64,000 nt of DNA from Yuukianura sp. NJ FZ-2021 (GCA_046563655.1 CM102288.1:744001-808000); one strand, 5' to 3'; shown: positions 11,341 to 25,144, numbered from the stretch's first letter. A program made the numbers and translations. The notes: a model not told the origin generated them from the sequence alone.

Positions 11341-12638
11341 TGAACATGTTGCAAAATTCAAAATTATTTTTATACTCTTTTGTTAAGCATCAGAGCAACA
11401 TCCGAGCTTTCTCTGAACAAACATTTTTGTTTAGTGCTTAGATGAGATGACATGTTTTGTGCTCAGAGTTGGAATTTACGTGTAAGTATGGAAGTAAAAA
11501 AAATTTGATGAAAACATGAAAGTTTTTTGAAGGTTTTATTAAATACTAAAATTTTTGCAATTTGAGGCATATTTTTTGCCTGTTTTGAACTTTTGTAAAA
11601 TGTCAAGCTTTTAGACCGTTCGATTAAATTCTACCAACATTCTTCAAAAAATATTTGAAAATTTAGTTTTGGCTTGGAATTTTAGGTTTTGATTTTGATT
11701 TTGAATTTTGAAAACTTTTGCTTGCGAATCAGTTTTTTTTAAGTTTACAGACATGTTTTTTTTTTGGATTTCGAAATTTGCTAAAATCAATGCAGGTCAA
11801 AAATAAGTTCATTTGAAGAGGATTTTGGGAATTGTGACAAAGGCGCTTTCACTTTCTCTTTTCGCAGACACCGAAAAGTGAAAGTCATTCCTAGTTCCTC
11901 CTCCAGAGATAACTTTTGTGGAATTTGAAATTTGGCGAGTTCAAATTTTTTGAAATGTGAAATACTACTGGTATAGAGAAGGAATGGCATAATTTATGAC
12001 AGAGGAGGTTGACTTGAGAAAGTGCTTGGACTAAACTCCACTACATTAGTTTTTAGTGCTCCAACAGTTGTTTCCAAATTTATTACGAGTGAAAACCACA
12101 ACCGACTTTCTCCACTTTTCTTCAAAATTTCTCCACAAATTCCTCAACCATTGTTCATTGTTCATCTCCACTCCTCCCTTTGCTCTAAATTCATTTCCAA
12201 ATTTCCAAATTTCAAAAAACACAAAACTTTTCCTCGAATTACAAGTTTACTCATACCTAAACTAAAAAATCAAAAAACGAAAACTACCAAAAAGATTACA
12301 CTTTCATGTTTCGTTTTCTAAAGCTTCCAATTTTGTATTTCAATCTATGTTTTTGGATTCAAACGCAACTAGTAACAGTTTTTTGGTTACAGATAGACAT
12401 AAAGATCAAAACGAAACAGGAATCGATACAACATGGCCGCAGGGCAAACATCTTCCAAAATTTGAAATCTCTGCATCATCTCCTGCTCGTCCTAAACAAA
12501 GTTTCCAGTCTCTTTTACAAGTTTGGCAGCATTATATAAACTGTAAGCAAAAAACATGAAATGTTGACAGATTCTGATTGGCTCGTTTTGTCATTTTTCA
12601 AAGGATTCTCCTCAAGCTACAAAACGCTCCGAGGCAAC

Positions 12639-12651
12639 GTTGCCTAGCAAC
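12639..12651. promoter_or_regulatory. RFX X-box-like palindrome
   Basis: GTTGCCTAGCAAC matches RFX consensus GTNRCC(N0-3)RGYAAC. An inverted CCAAT (CTGATTGG) lies about 60 bp upstream. Target gene unclear. Confidence 0.4.
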
Positions 12652-15496
12652 TATTTGTCATCTTTCATTTAAATCTCGGCGGGGGAAATCGTATCACTTT
12701 GAAGAGAATCCATGCCATTTAGAACAATTCAATTTTTAAACAGGCTAACATTCCCTAGAAACAGTTTTTCTTAGAGTTTCGGAGTCAACTCGAACTTCTT
12801 CTGTTTGAAATTCAAATGGTAATTCGAAATTTGGAAAAATGGAAAGCAGATCTATTCCGTTTTGGCGAAAAGCAATTTTGTACGAAGAGGAATTTGGTTA
12901 CTCGAGTGCCGTATTGATTTAAATTCCACTTTTGTACGGCAGTTGAGAGTTTTACTTGACAATTGTTGGTCTTTGAACTTTGCAGTAGAGAAAGTGGTTT
13001 CAAAATTCAATTGTTTTTTTTTTATGACTTTTTCTTCAAAAACAAGTCCAGCGAAAATATGTTCTTGTTTGTATTCCTTCTGTGAAGAAAAAAGTTCAAA
13101 AAAGCCTTTCTAGTGAATAGTGAAGGCTCGTCACAAAGTGAATTTTTTGGTTGGTTCATTTATTTTTTGGTCTCGTTCTAAAAAAATTTGTTTACAAAAA
13201 TTCGGCGAGAGGAGTTTGTTCAAAACATGTTTGTTTTGTGATTTTTTTTTTTTGAACCATCAAAATTCATTGATCTTTAACAAAAAACAAAGATACAAGT
13301 TGTGCCAAAAACTTCGTTTTCGCTTGACTAAATATTACATAATTTCAAAAGTTACAAAGAACTTAAGGTCACATAGTAAATGACAATTGAGAACCAAATT
13401 TTCAAAACCCAAAAGCAACGCCAAAACGTCATTCGAAAATTTTGATATTTTAAAACAGGTTAATTTCGAACTTTCTCTGGATAGAGAAATTAGATGAGAA
13501 GAAATCAAATAAGTGACAGGCACGATTAGATTTGGAGTGATTTTCATTATTAGTTTTATGTTAAAATTTTAAAGGTTTAAATTAACTATAACTTTTCTAC
13601 ATTAATTAGCTTTTTGTAATTAATTACATTTAAATTAATCTAATTTCAGCTTATACTTATAAACTACACTCAAGTTATTGATTCAATTTAGCACCTCAAT
13701 TAACACCTTTGTAGGTAATTAGTAATTAAACTAAATTGAATAATTAAAACGCAAACTAGAGACGCACTTCACAGCTGCACTAATATCCAAGATTTCAATT
13801 AAAATTAAACTTCAAAATTTAAACTTTTTACAAGAGAACAAGATAAAGTTAACTTCTGATTCAATTCACCTCTGCGTTGCTTTCACCTGAATGGGGGGGG
13901 GGTGGTAGGTTTGTTTGGTGGGGGGGGGTCTGCTCCTCATCAGTGGGAAGGGGGGTCAAATGGATTTGGATTTAAAGGGGGGTGTGTTAATTGATGGAGA
14001 ATTAGGGGGGGGGGGGTAAAGTGGTTGGAAATTCCTGTGGGATTAAATCCACTTTCTGGATCTAATTTGAGTGGATTGGGAAGGTTGTTGGAAGTGTTAG
14101 TGTCGTCAAGTGTTCTTCCAATAATGACTCAGAGGGCGGGGACTTAAGTCCCCCCAGTAACAAATTGCTCAAGTGTCACCCCTTACCCACATCATTCAGA
14201 ACACACTCAAGTCTCCCGCCTAGATTTTCAAATTCCAAACTTTCTCTCTCCTTTCACTTCTCCAAACGAACTTAAGTGCACATTTTAAATTTATTCTCGC
14301 TTCTACGAAATCTGGGCTTAATCAACCTTACAAAAACAAAAACCTGGAAGAAATCAATTTCAACCAGAACCCACTTCCGATTTTTTTAAAACCTGTGCTT
14401 CACTTTACTTGAAAATTCAAAAAAATGAAACAAAAATCCTAACCTAATTTTTCCTGGAAATGTGGAGAAAGTGCTGATTCAAATTCCGAAATTGAGCTTA
14501 GGAATTTCTGACTTGTGTGCCAATTTTTTTTGGAAATGTTGCTAAAAAATGAGTTGAGTAGACAAGAAAAAATTCCTAAGCGGAAGAAATGGAAATTTCG
14601 CTGGCATGTTCTCGTTTCTCGGTTTTTTCGTTTTTCTTAGTCCAGAAACTGTCCGTTTCATCTTCGTTTTCCACCCCTTCAAGTTCAATGAACCGAATTG
14701 AAGGGACGTGGGGGCCCTTAAAGGATTAAATTCCACTTGACGCTTGGTCAGGCCTGAAAGACGCTCTTGACACTTTGTGCTGACCGTGTGTCACTGTGTC
14801 AATTCTTGCAAGTGGAATTCCATCAAGATTCAACTTCAACAGACACTCCGCCAACCAACTTTCTCCTTCCGCTTTCTACATCTTAAGCTACATTTTGTCT
14901 TTGTTTTTGCTTTTGTGCCTTCAAGTGTTTTAGTCAAGTACGAATACTTGAAGTGGAAGAGAAAAGTTCAAAATAGATTCCACTTTGTTCTTAACTGACT
15001 TAACAATTATACTGTAGATTTTGAGTTTGAAACAAATTAATGTAATTACTTTTGATACTTGAAATTTTACGCTGGAGTGATTTTATTGTTTGAAAAGTTG
15101 CAATCATGGAATGGCGGGTTCTGTTTGTTCAAGATAAAATTTTAGAAGAAATTGGCACAAATGAATTTGACTAAAATTTTGTTAAAATTTTTTAAAATGT
15201 TGTTACTTTTCAAAATGTTACTTTTCTAAAATGTAAAGTTCACTTTCACTAAGGTTTTAATTTATGTTACAAGTTTTAGTGAATACCAAAATTGTGAGTT
15301 TTGTGCATTTTTTACTAAACAGAAGTACTTTGAGAGTAATTTTGGAAGAGACTTGATGACTGTAGTTTGAAATTGATTGATCTTTTTGAATATACCGCCC
15401 CACCACGGTGGGGCAGTATAGGTGGTGGGGCAGGAGGAAGTGAAAGGTGATTGAAAAGATGATAGGAAGGTCAAAGGTCAAAGGTTAATTGTGCCC

Positions 15497-18400
15497 TTAG
15501 GGAATGACAGTGTCCCCCGCCCCTGGATGTGTCTGTCTCAGATGCCTTGGACTATGGAAATTAATTGGAGAGTCAATCCTTAGGCGCCCACTGCCGCGCC
15601 CCCCACCGCCCCCTCCGCCCCCCAACCCACCCAAACTTGCGATGTGTTTCAGTTCATTGTGGTAGCAGAAGAGAATGGCGAGGTAAACCAAGTACAGAAT
15701 GGTAGTAAATATTATTGGGATCACAGGAGTGTTGTAGACGTACAGAAAAGCGGCTTCAGGCAAAGTGTCTATGATCATCAACTTCACTCCCATTAAAACG
15801 TAACGGAAGATGATCACGATGGCTAGACAGAAAGCACCGAGACGGATCAGAGTAGCAGATTCCTACAATTCAAAAAAAGAAACATTTCAAAAAATATGAT
15901 TTTTCAATATAACGTGAAATATGGACAGCAAAAAATTGTTTACGAAAGTTCAAATTTTGAATTTTGCCAAACTTTCACCAGATCCAGCGAAACAAACTTT
16001 TTTTTTAAACTTCTCGTCTCTCCCAATCATTTGGCTTGCTCTAACTTTCCTATCGCAGGGGGAAGGTTCAACTTTTCCAAAAACGAAAAAAGTTTAGTTT
16101 TTTGAAAAAAGTATTTGAAATGTGAGAAGATACAACTTCACAAAAAGTAAAGGTTTTTTCTTCTGCTATCACAAGAAGCAATGGTCTACTTTTCTCTCTC
16201 GATTTTGGAAATGAGAAAGTCCTTTGCCAAAAACAATCCAAATGGATTTTGTCTCACTGATACCTTGAGAAGGCTTTCTTTTCGTTGGCTCTCGACTCCA
16301 TTTTGGTTCAGTGAATTTATGTAACGAGATGATCAAATCTGGACTCAGTTTTCTTATTGGTCCCTCTGTGTGTCAAGACTCTCAGGGAAAAGACAAGATT
16401 CAAAGGACACCGAAAGACTATAATAGACACAACGATTTTCGCTCAACCAGTAACAGCAACTATTTCTCTACTTTTTTCATTTTCTGCTCATCCTTTCCTC
16501 TGATTTATCTGCTCGTTTCAGACTTTCGTAAAAAAAATGACAATTTTTGCAATTAAGCTTTCTCCTCTCTCAAAAAGAAAAGTCCCGCCGAAAATCCGAA
16601 ACATCCGAGAGATTTTTTCTTGTTCGGCTCTACATTACATATTTTTCTGCTCCAGTTTTCCTGACGTGCTAAAGCGCTAAAAACCTGCGGAATTTCTGAA
16701 AAATTTCGAAATTTTTGGCCAAATTTTTTCTTGGCAGGCACTTTCTCCTGGAAATTCCAAAAATTTCACTTTTTGTTTCTCTTTTGTCGTCATCATTTGT
16801 GTAGACTAAAGCTTCCTAACAGTTTCAACAGATGAGTATGACATTGTGTTTAGAAATATGAGAGCCTCAATGACATGACGGTATGTCTCCTTCAGCTCCA
16901 TACCCATCTAGGTGTACGTCTTTTCCTACAAAAAGAGAAGGGAAGAGAAAGTAGTGGTTCAAGTAAACGTGAAAGAATGACATGTCTAAACCCCCAAATA
17001 GCTATCCTCTTCTTATCTTATCCCAGGATACTATCTATCTTAGTCTCAGCTTGTCCCGTGTCTTATCCAGAGGATCATGTCCTCAAAATACAACTTCCGC
17101 CCTATTTTTCTTATAATGAAAACAGCCAAAGCAATTTATCCAACAACACATGAGGCACATGAGCATGTTAGGAATGGAGTAGAACATGGCAGAATCCCAT
17201 AAGAAAAGAAAAAAAAACAGGAGAAAGCATCTAGAAACATTCCAATAAGTCCCATCTGCTTCCCCTGGAGCAGATAGGGGGGGGGGTTGAAGAGAAGAGG
17301 GGGGGGGGGTTGGTAGAAAGCTAGAAAAAATGTCTTAACAAAATCAATACAAGACAGGTTTTTTGTTAAGACTTGCTTTTCTGGAATTGTTATTTTGAAA
17401 ATACTTTTTTCGAAAAAGGAAGGGGGGGGGGGGAGACAGTTTGAAATTGAAATGGGGAGGGGGGAGGGGGGTAAAATTGAAATAATTTAGAGAGACGGGT
17501 GTCTGTCCTTCTTTGAAAAGTAAAAGTTGATTCAATTCTTTTGATACTTTTCCAAGTCCCTATCTTGTTTAATAGGCTTTTGATAAAATCTTCTTCTCTT
17601 GTTGGGTTTTGACAACTAAAAAGTAGGGCATTCCATTCTTCCCGAAATTTCCGAAATTGTGTCAAAATTTGAAAATTGTCAAAATTTTCGTCTACTTTCT
17701 GTCTTTTTGTAGGAAGAAAGTTTTGGGAAGAGCTTTTCTCCTTGCTGTCTCCGTCGTATCTTTTGTTTCTTCTATTGGAAACAATAAATTAAATTCCCCA
17801 AGAGGCTCCTTTGGAGTGGATTTGAAATAAGTTCGACTTTCTCCAGAGGAAAATTCTTGTTTCAAATTTTTGAAAATTTAATTCAGTTAACCAATTTTGA
17901 ACTTTACTTGACTCGGAAGATGAAACGCAACGAATTCAAAATATTTTGAAAAGGAGAAGAAATACTGTTTTTTTTTCTTAGAGAGAAGCGGTTTTTCACT
18001 TTCACTTTTTGTGGCTCAAAATCTCACTGGGGAATTTTTAAATTCAATAAGGAAAAGCTCTTTTACTTTTTTCAAAAATGAGGAAGGAAAAAGCCTACAG
18101 GTAAACACGTTTTTTTGGAATGAGGTTTTCGAAATTTCGAAAAAAGGCTTTCTTTTTTTCTGGTTGAGACTTTCAAGGTTCGGGTGTGGAGAAAGTTAGG
18201 AAAAGTTGAGAGGAAATGATTGAGTGTGAAGAGGGAACCAATTTGGATTTTCAAAAAGTTTCAAAATAGTTGTGTGGAAAGTAACAGAGAAAGTTTTGGC
18301 ATTAGCAAATTTAACGAGGATTTAACGGGTTCGCCTAATGAAACCTACTCATCACAGTTTCAAACTTTTTTGTTCCAAAATTTGGTAAGCCCAAAAGTAA

Positions 18401-21400
18401 CGACAAATTTCAAAAGTTATAAAACAGAATTTGAAGGTTCAAAAAATTGGCAAAGTTGGAGAATTTTGAAAACTAAAAGCTGTGGCTTTCAGCTTCCAGA
18501 AAAAGTTTTCAGCTGTAAATTATTGGAATTTTATGGAACATAAATCCTTATTGTACTAAAAAATATTAATTAATTAAAAGTTTTATGAAATAATACTTTC
18601 TGTTGGTGAAAAATTTAATTGAAAACGTAATTAAATCAAAACCGCGTGAGTTTTTACTCACTCGTGGTGCAACATCTGGTTTTAAACTTCCTTTTTGTAC
18701 GGATATTAAAATCTGTCTGACTTTGTTATAATTGTTAGTCAAAAATACAAACCAAAAGAGTACAAAAAAAAGTTGAAAAAAGAAAACCGGAAAAGTTGAA
18801 AAAATGAAAGTGAAAGTGAGTGAAGTGACTTGGTGGCCTTCGGCCCATTTTTCAGAGAGCCTAATGTTATGCTTATGGGTCCATCTCTACGCTCTCGCCT
18901 CATAACTCTTCTCTCTCCGTCACTCTCCACGTTTCTCATTTTTTAACTTTATCCAACTTGTTCCATAGTACTTTTTCAAAAATTGACTTTTAAAAATTTC
19001 TTCTAAGTTATAAAACCCGCTGGCTATCGCCCACCTTTCACGAGCAGTGAACCTAAAATTTCAAAAATCGCCAAAACTCTTGAGCTAAAATAAACGACAT
19101 GACTTGTAACTTGGCGGGAGAAAATAAATTTTGCACTGGAGAAAGTTACTTTCTCAAAATCTCAAAATCCTGTTATCATTCTGAATCCAATTATTATAAT
19201 GTTTATTATTATACATTATATAATCCAAATGGAAACATAATAATCTCTGGTCTATTGAAAGTGATAAGTCTTAAGTCCCTTAAGTCTCCCTTTCTCCTTG
19301 CTTTTATCAAAACACAAAGATTCAACATCAACACCTTTCCAACAAACACGCTAACGAGCGTGTTTCTCAGAAATTGAAACTTTTCCAACAAGATTTGCAA
19401 GTTACACGCAAAAATGTATCATTTTGTGTTAAAACTTGTTTGTGCAACTGTTTGTTTGTTCTTTGAAATTTAGAAATTAGAATTACAAATTTTAAATTTG
19501 AAACATGAGAAATTCGCATTTTTAAAATTTTCGTTTTTTTTTCTTTCGTTAGACACTTTTTTAAGATTTTTTAATTAAGAAAGTACACACTCCAATCTGA
19601 ACTCTTCACACACTGTGTCAACAGCCACACATTTTGTTCAGAAAATAAACACAAACAGCAAGAAGAGCCACCAGCAGAAGTTTCAAGCTGTTTCCACTTT
19701 CACCAAAGTTCCCCTTTGACTTTCTCTCATCTCGTGCTGTTACAGTGCCTAACCTTAACCTTATGTGTCCTTGTGTAACTTTGCCTAACCTGATGTAACT
19801 TATGTAACGTAAATTAAACATGCTTCAATTAATTTCACCTCTACACCTTCCCTCTATTCCACCAGCTTGTTAGCATTTTACGTTGAAACTTTCTCCTTTC
19901 GCTTTTATACACTTCCTTTGAAAATTTTAGCACTGCCTTCCAACTCCGTGGTTCTAAAAAAGCCTTGCTGTCTCACTTTTTCTAAATTTATTCCAGGTGC
20001 TTTCTCTTTTTTTGAAAAACAGGTCGATGTTAGCTCCACTTTCTCTTTTTTCAAAAGAAAAAAGAACAAGGTCGTTTGAACTCTGAGAGAAAAAACCAAA
20101 CCTTGCGGTCACACCTTTCTCCAGTGTTTGAAAGTACGTTCGATATGTGTAGGCTACACTTCAAAAAACCTGCTCATTTCAAATTGGTTTTCCCAGGAGC
20201 ATGTGTTGGTTTTCCCTAAAATCTCCGAAATGTTCAAATTCAAAGTTGGGAGGCTCCTGTTTTAATTAAAAGTGCTAAGCCACTTTGTGTATGTAGTGAC
20301 AGGAGTAGTGGAGGGAGTAACTAAAATGAAACAACGAAAGAGCGTGGAAGGACGTGGAGTGAAAGCAAAGTTGCGATGAAATTTCTCAAAATGTTTTCTG
20401 TCTCGTTTGTCGTTTTTGGTGAAGCGGGAGCAATATGTCGTGGATGTCACCGTGAAGGGGTGACATATAGTACTAGTATGATCATTCCTCAAATGAAACA
20501 AGCGAACAAAGTCTCCTGTACTACAAATGAAGGTTAGGTTAACCTAACTTCACTTAGGCTTTAGAATCTGGTGGTGGCTTAGTTAGTGACCACCGTGGTG
20601 GACCGTGCTCCAGGATGGATGCGATCAGGCGACTGTCAAAGGCTTAGGCTACAAATTTATTTGTGGGCAGCAAGGATATGGCGCAGTATTGATCAAGCGT
20701 CGCCCAGCATCCTAACACAAGTTTCAAATGCAGTTCCCGTGTCAGAATTAAACAGAAAACACCAGATTCATGTTTTGGCGCCAAAAAATGTACTTTCTCG
20801 TGACATGACTTTAGAACATCGAGGTGACCGCATGTTAAAAAAAAATGATTCATGGCTACATCTAACTCCCGTAAATCACTGGGTCATGTGATTTAGAAAA
20901 AGAACTGAAAATTTGAAAAAGTCTCTTGAATTTAAGAATTTTGCAGGAACATTTTTCGATTTTTTGGATTTGAAGCTTGGGACGCTTTGAAATTTGAGTG
21001 AAAGTTTTGGATTTGGCGCTTTCTCGGCTAATAATGAAAATCTGGAGAAAGCAACTTTCTCTTTTTTGTGTGTTGAAACTATTTGTCAACAACAGCGACT
21101 TTCGTCTCCGTTTGATTTTTTCTTGTCAGCAGGCGGGCCCTTGACACTAAACTCTTGACTTTCCTTGCCTCACTTGAACTAATTTCTAAAGAAATTTTGA
21201 AAATGATTTTCAACATTTGAAAAGTTTTCAATGTTGGAGGTCGTATTTCAAAGGAGAAAGTTTTTCATCTCCTAAATTATTTCTAGTTTCTCTTTGAGAT
21301 GTAAATTTCTACTTTTTTTTCTGTGGTCCTATTCATCACGTCACAATTAGACAAGAAGGTTTAGCTCAAAATAAATATCTGTCCTACTTTGTTACTTTCA

Positions 21401-23082
21401 CTTTTCACTGCGCCAGTTCTACAACGTGCAGTTTAAGACGTGAGCTAACGAAAAGGAAGATTGACGTCCTCCGTGAATTCTATTATGCGTCCTTAAACTC
21501 TCTCCTTTCTCCGCCAAACGCTAAAACTCTCTTCTTGTTCTGAAGAAACCAAAGGAGAAGACGATTAAACCAAATGAGAAATTTCTTGAGTTCTTAGAAT
21601 CTGGGACGAAGAGTGACTACACTTGAAAAGTTGGAGATTCCTAACAATGGAGAGTCTCTCCGCTTGAATTATTAATTACAAATGAACTGGTGAGAACACT
21701 TGAGGACTTCAAGGGGCCCCTTCAACTCAAGGACGAGAGAGGTACAATAGAAAACAGGAGCAAAAGAAAGGAAATTTCTCAAAAGCGCACGAAAAGGACC
21801 GAAAATCGTGTCAATTCAAATCTTCAAAGGAAGTTTTCAAAGGAAAATTTAAAAAGAAACGAGTTTTAAAAAAAATCAAAAGAAAAAAGTTTTTAGAAAA
21901 GCTCTGAAACCTTAACCAATCACCAGCACCTTTTGTTGCTAAAATTCAAAATTTTACTTAAAAATTACAATACGTTTCTTTTCCAATTTTGGAAAGTTTT
22001 GTTGCTCAAGGCTTGTGAGAGCCTCTTTTTACAGAATTTCCGCTTCCTGTTCAAACTTTCAAACTTTCACCGACTTCCTTTTATCAAGTGTTAGAAATTT
22101 TGTTAAAATTTTGGAAAATGGTGAAGAAATTTTGGAAAATGGTGAAAGTTGTGTGACTTTTGATGTGTGAAAAGTGGTCCGTACCTCATCTGCTCCGCGG
22201 AAGGTCATGAATCCCGTAGCAAAGAAGGCAATGCAGAAGATGAAGGCCATGAGAGGAGTCCAAATGTCTAGAAGCAGAGAACAGATCGATCAGAACCTAT
22301 GAATTATTAATTAAGGACGCAGACTTCAAACTTCTCCTTTTTAGTACCCTAGTCTATGTGTTTTCTTGGTTTACAACATCCGCTGTTCTTAAGGAACGAG
22401 ATTTCTAGAAAACATGAATTTCAAAAAAGACCTTCTGTTCCGTTCAATTGCCTCTAACACGCATAAGTCTAGCACAAAGTTATAAATCATTCAAGTACAA
22501 GAGAAAAGAAGAGCCTGATTAGAAAAGTGAAAGAAAATTTGAAACTGAAAGGAGAACGGCTGACTTGTATTCAAACGAATTTGATTTTTGGAACGAATTT
22601 TCACACTAACTTTTTACTACTTTGGCTTTAATTTATCATGTTCCTTCATTCAAAATTTTCACTCTTCTCAGCAGAATTTTAGTTTTCATTATTGTCTTAC
22701 CTTCGCCTAGCCTCGAGACGACCAAGGGCAAAATCTTGATCATTTGATTAATGGCAAAGTACTGCAAATCAAAAATTAAAAAATCTTGTTAAAAAGTGAA
22801 GAATTTTGGAAAATTTTTAAAGTTTGAGCAATTTCTGTTGTTTTTCAATAAATTGAAGGCTACTCTTAAGCTGCTGTGGGCGGAGAGACTGATCCGAATC
22901 CATGCGGAATGTAACAAGATTAGGGAATTATTCAAACAAAGACTCCGGAAGCTCCACTGCGTCAATTTTAAGTAGTACAAGAGACTGAGGCTAAGTCCCG
23001 TTGCAAATGAATCTGGGATAATGTGGAAGAGGAGGAGGGTAGTGTTGCGGAGAAAGTGAGGGAAAGTGCTTTCTTGCTTCAT
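15497..23082 (-). CDS. Multi-pass (probably 4-TM) membrane protein, about 242 aa, uncharacterised
   Basis: Phase-compatible GT-AG exons 23082-22864 (least certain), 22761-22701, 22267-22185, 15862-15497. Hydrophobic helices LMAFIFCIAFFATGFMTF, LGAFCLAIVIIFRYVLMGV and VIPIIFTTILYLVYLAILFCY, then a Gly-rich tail. Last intron is 6.3 kb. Confidence 0.65.
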
Positions 23083-23194
23083 TATTAAGTGATTCCATTC
23101 ATAACCATAACCACAAACCACCACAACCACGAATTTTTAATTAGTTTACCAGGAAAATCAATTTTAACGGAGACTTTCTCTGGACACCAGACTA

Positions 23195-23722
23195 CTGTTC
23201 CGTTCATTTAACAAATGTAAAACAAGCCAAATTGCGACAAAGGCTTTTCTCCCATAAGAAAAAAATGTATCAAAAAAAGATCCTCTCTCCCTCCCTCCTT
23301 CTTTGAGAAAAGAGGGAGTTTCTTTCCTAACACCTGGCTTTTCCAAAAAGTCTCCGAAATTAGAGTTTGCGCGGCAAGTACATTTTAACGTCCTTAAATT
23401 ATTAGACAAATTATTCCAATAACAATCAAATACTACAAAAAATCTGTAAAAATTACATCAAAATAGTAACATACTTTTTCAAATTACTTTTAGCGTTGAT
23501 TTAATTGTGCGTCTAACAATTTAATCGATGCAACATCTGCTTGCCGCGCAACATCTTATTTCGGAGAGTTTTTGGAAAGACCAGGTGTCAGGAAAGAAAT
23601 TCCCTCTTTTCTCAATGAAGGAAGGAGGGAGTGAGGATCTTTTTTTGAGACTCCTTTCCTTATGGGAGCTTAACCTTTGTCGCAATTTGGCTTTTTTTAC
23701 ATTTGTTAAATAAACGGAACAG
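23195..23722. mobile_element. Long-TIR (foldback-like) MITE, 528 bp
   Basis: Inverted repeats of about 185 bp starting CTGTTCCGTT.ATTTAACAAATGTAAAA.AAGCCAAATTGCGACAAAGG (2 mismatches in the first 49 nt). TA on both flanks. Confidence 0.9.
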
Positions 23723-24837
23723 TACTAACGATACAATTAAATTTTAATCTAACAATATTTAAGCAAACAACCAACGGAAAATAACAATTGAGCAAAAAAT
23801 AAAATTACGAACTCAAACACTATCCGGATGAGAGTACTCAAGTTAACTTAAAAAGTGAGAAAAACTAGGACATTCTACGTTTCAAAAAAACTAAACGAGA
23901 AATTCGCTTCGCAAAGGAAAAGTCAAATTAAAGTGAGAATAAAAACTTTATTTTAACTTTCTCCAACATTCACTCTAACCCATTTTCAGCTTTTAACTTT
24001 CAAAAAGTGTAAAAACTTATAGAATTCAACTGTTCTCCAAATTAGCAAAATAAGACAAATGAAAAATGTCAAAAGTGAAAGCAGGAGAGGAAAAAAGTGA
24101 GAACGCAAAACACTCTAAAAATTAAAAAGGAACGCTTCAAATTAAAAATGTCAAAAAACACTTATGAAATATTTTAAAAATTTGTTAAACTTTCGAATTT
24201 TTTAAAATTGAGTATTTCCTTACAATGTGAACGCTTGCTAGGAAGAAGACGGCTGCTCTAATGGAGCAACACATGGCCACTACAGAGACAAAAGTAGAAG
24301 AGGAGGATAATGACGGCTTTCTTTGGAGTTTTCCGTGAAAGTCCACTTCTAAATCACTCTTCCATCCACCATCCACCACAAATCCCTCCGTCGTACGTTC
24401 CCAGCGTCAGTAACAGATTTGGAAATAATAGACTCCTTCCCCACTTGTCCAACTTCCCAGAAGAGGAAATGACTTTCACTTCTGCCTTTCCTCAAACAAT
24501 GACCAAGCACAGAGAAAGTTAAGCTTCTTCCAGGAGACGCCTAAGTGTGTCCAGAAACTGCTAACTAAAGGACCCGTTCCAGAGCCGTTTCGTCCAAATC
24601 GTGTTCCTAATGGACTCACAACTTATATTCAATCTGCTTCCAGCCTCCGGGTCCTTTAGCCCCAACTTCCAAACTTCATCTGAGACTCTGCACAAAGTGA
24701 AAGTTGGATGCTGGAGAGTGGAGCCTTGCTGCTGAGTATTTTGGTTTCGTCCTACGCACCCTCAGCGGAGAGCCTTAAAACTTAGGTCCTTCCAGGACCA
24801 CGTCCAGGGCCTATGGATACCTCTGGAGACGTAGTAG

Positions 24838-25144
24838 GTCATAACAGCCAAAACAAAAATAGCCAATTTCCAAAAGAGCAAAAGCCATAAGAGCCAATTC
24901 CAAAAGCGCCGATTGCTACAAAACCGGAAATCAAAATTTAACTTCAAGTTGGATTTTATTAACTAACTTAGTTTAGTTTAGCAATGTTATACGGCTTTAG
25001 TCAAAACTAGTTTGTAGGTTTCTTCATCTATTTTAACAATCGGCCCTTTTGGAATTGGAGTCTTGTGGTATCGGCTCTTTTTAAAATTGGCTCTATTTGG
25101 TTGGCTATTCTGGCATTGGCTCTTTTTGAGTTGGCTGTTATGAC
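24838..25144. mobile_element. Non-autonomous inverted-repeat element with AGCCAA subrepeats
   Basis: Perfect 14-bp inverted repeat GTCATAACAGCCAA (24838-24851 and 25131-25144). Both arms are built from AGCCAA/AGCCGAT units spaced about 15 bp apart in opposite orientation. TSD not found. Confidence 0.7.

Noticed and set aside
24240..24830. GC-richer stretch with short ORFs on both strands
   Set aside because: Frequent stops in the frames examined, no consistent splice sites or recognisable domain; a decayed or noncoding sequence cannot be excluded.
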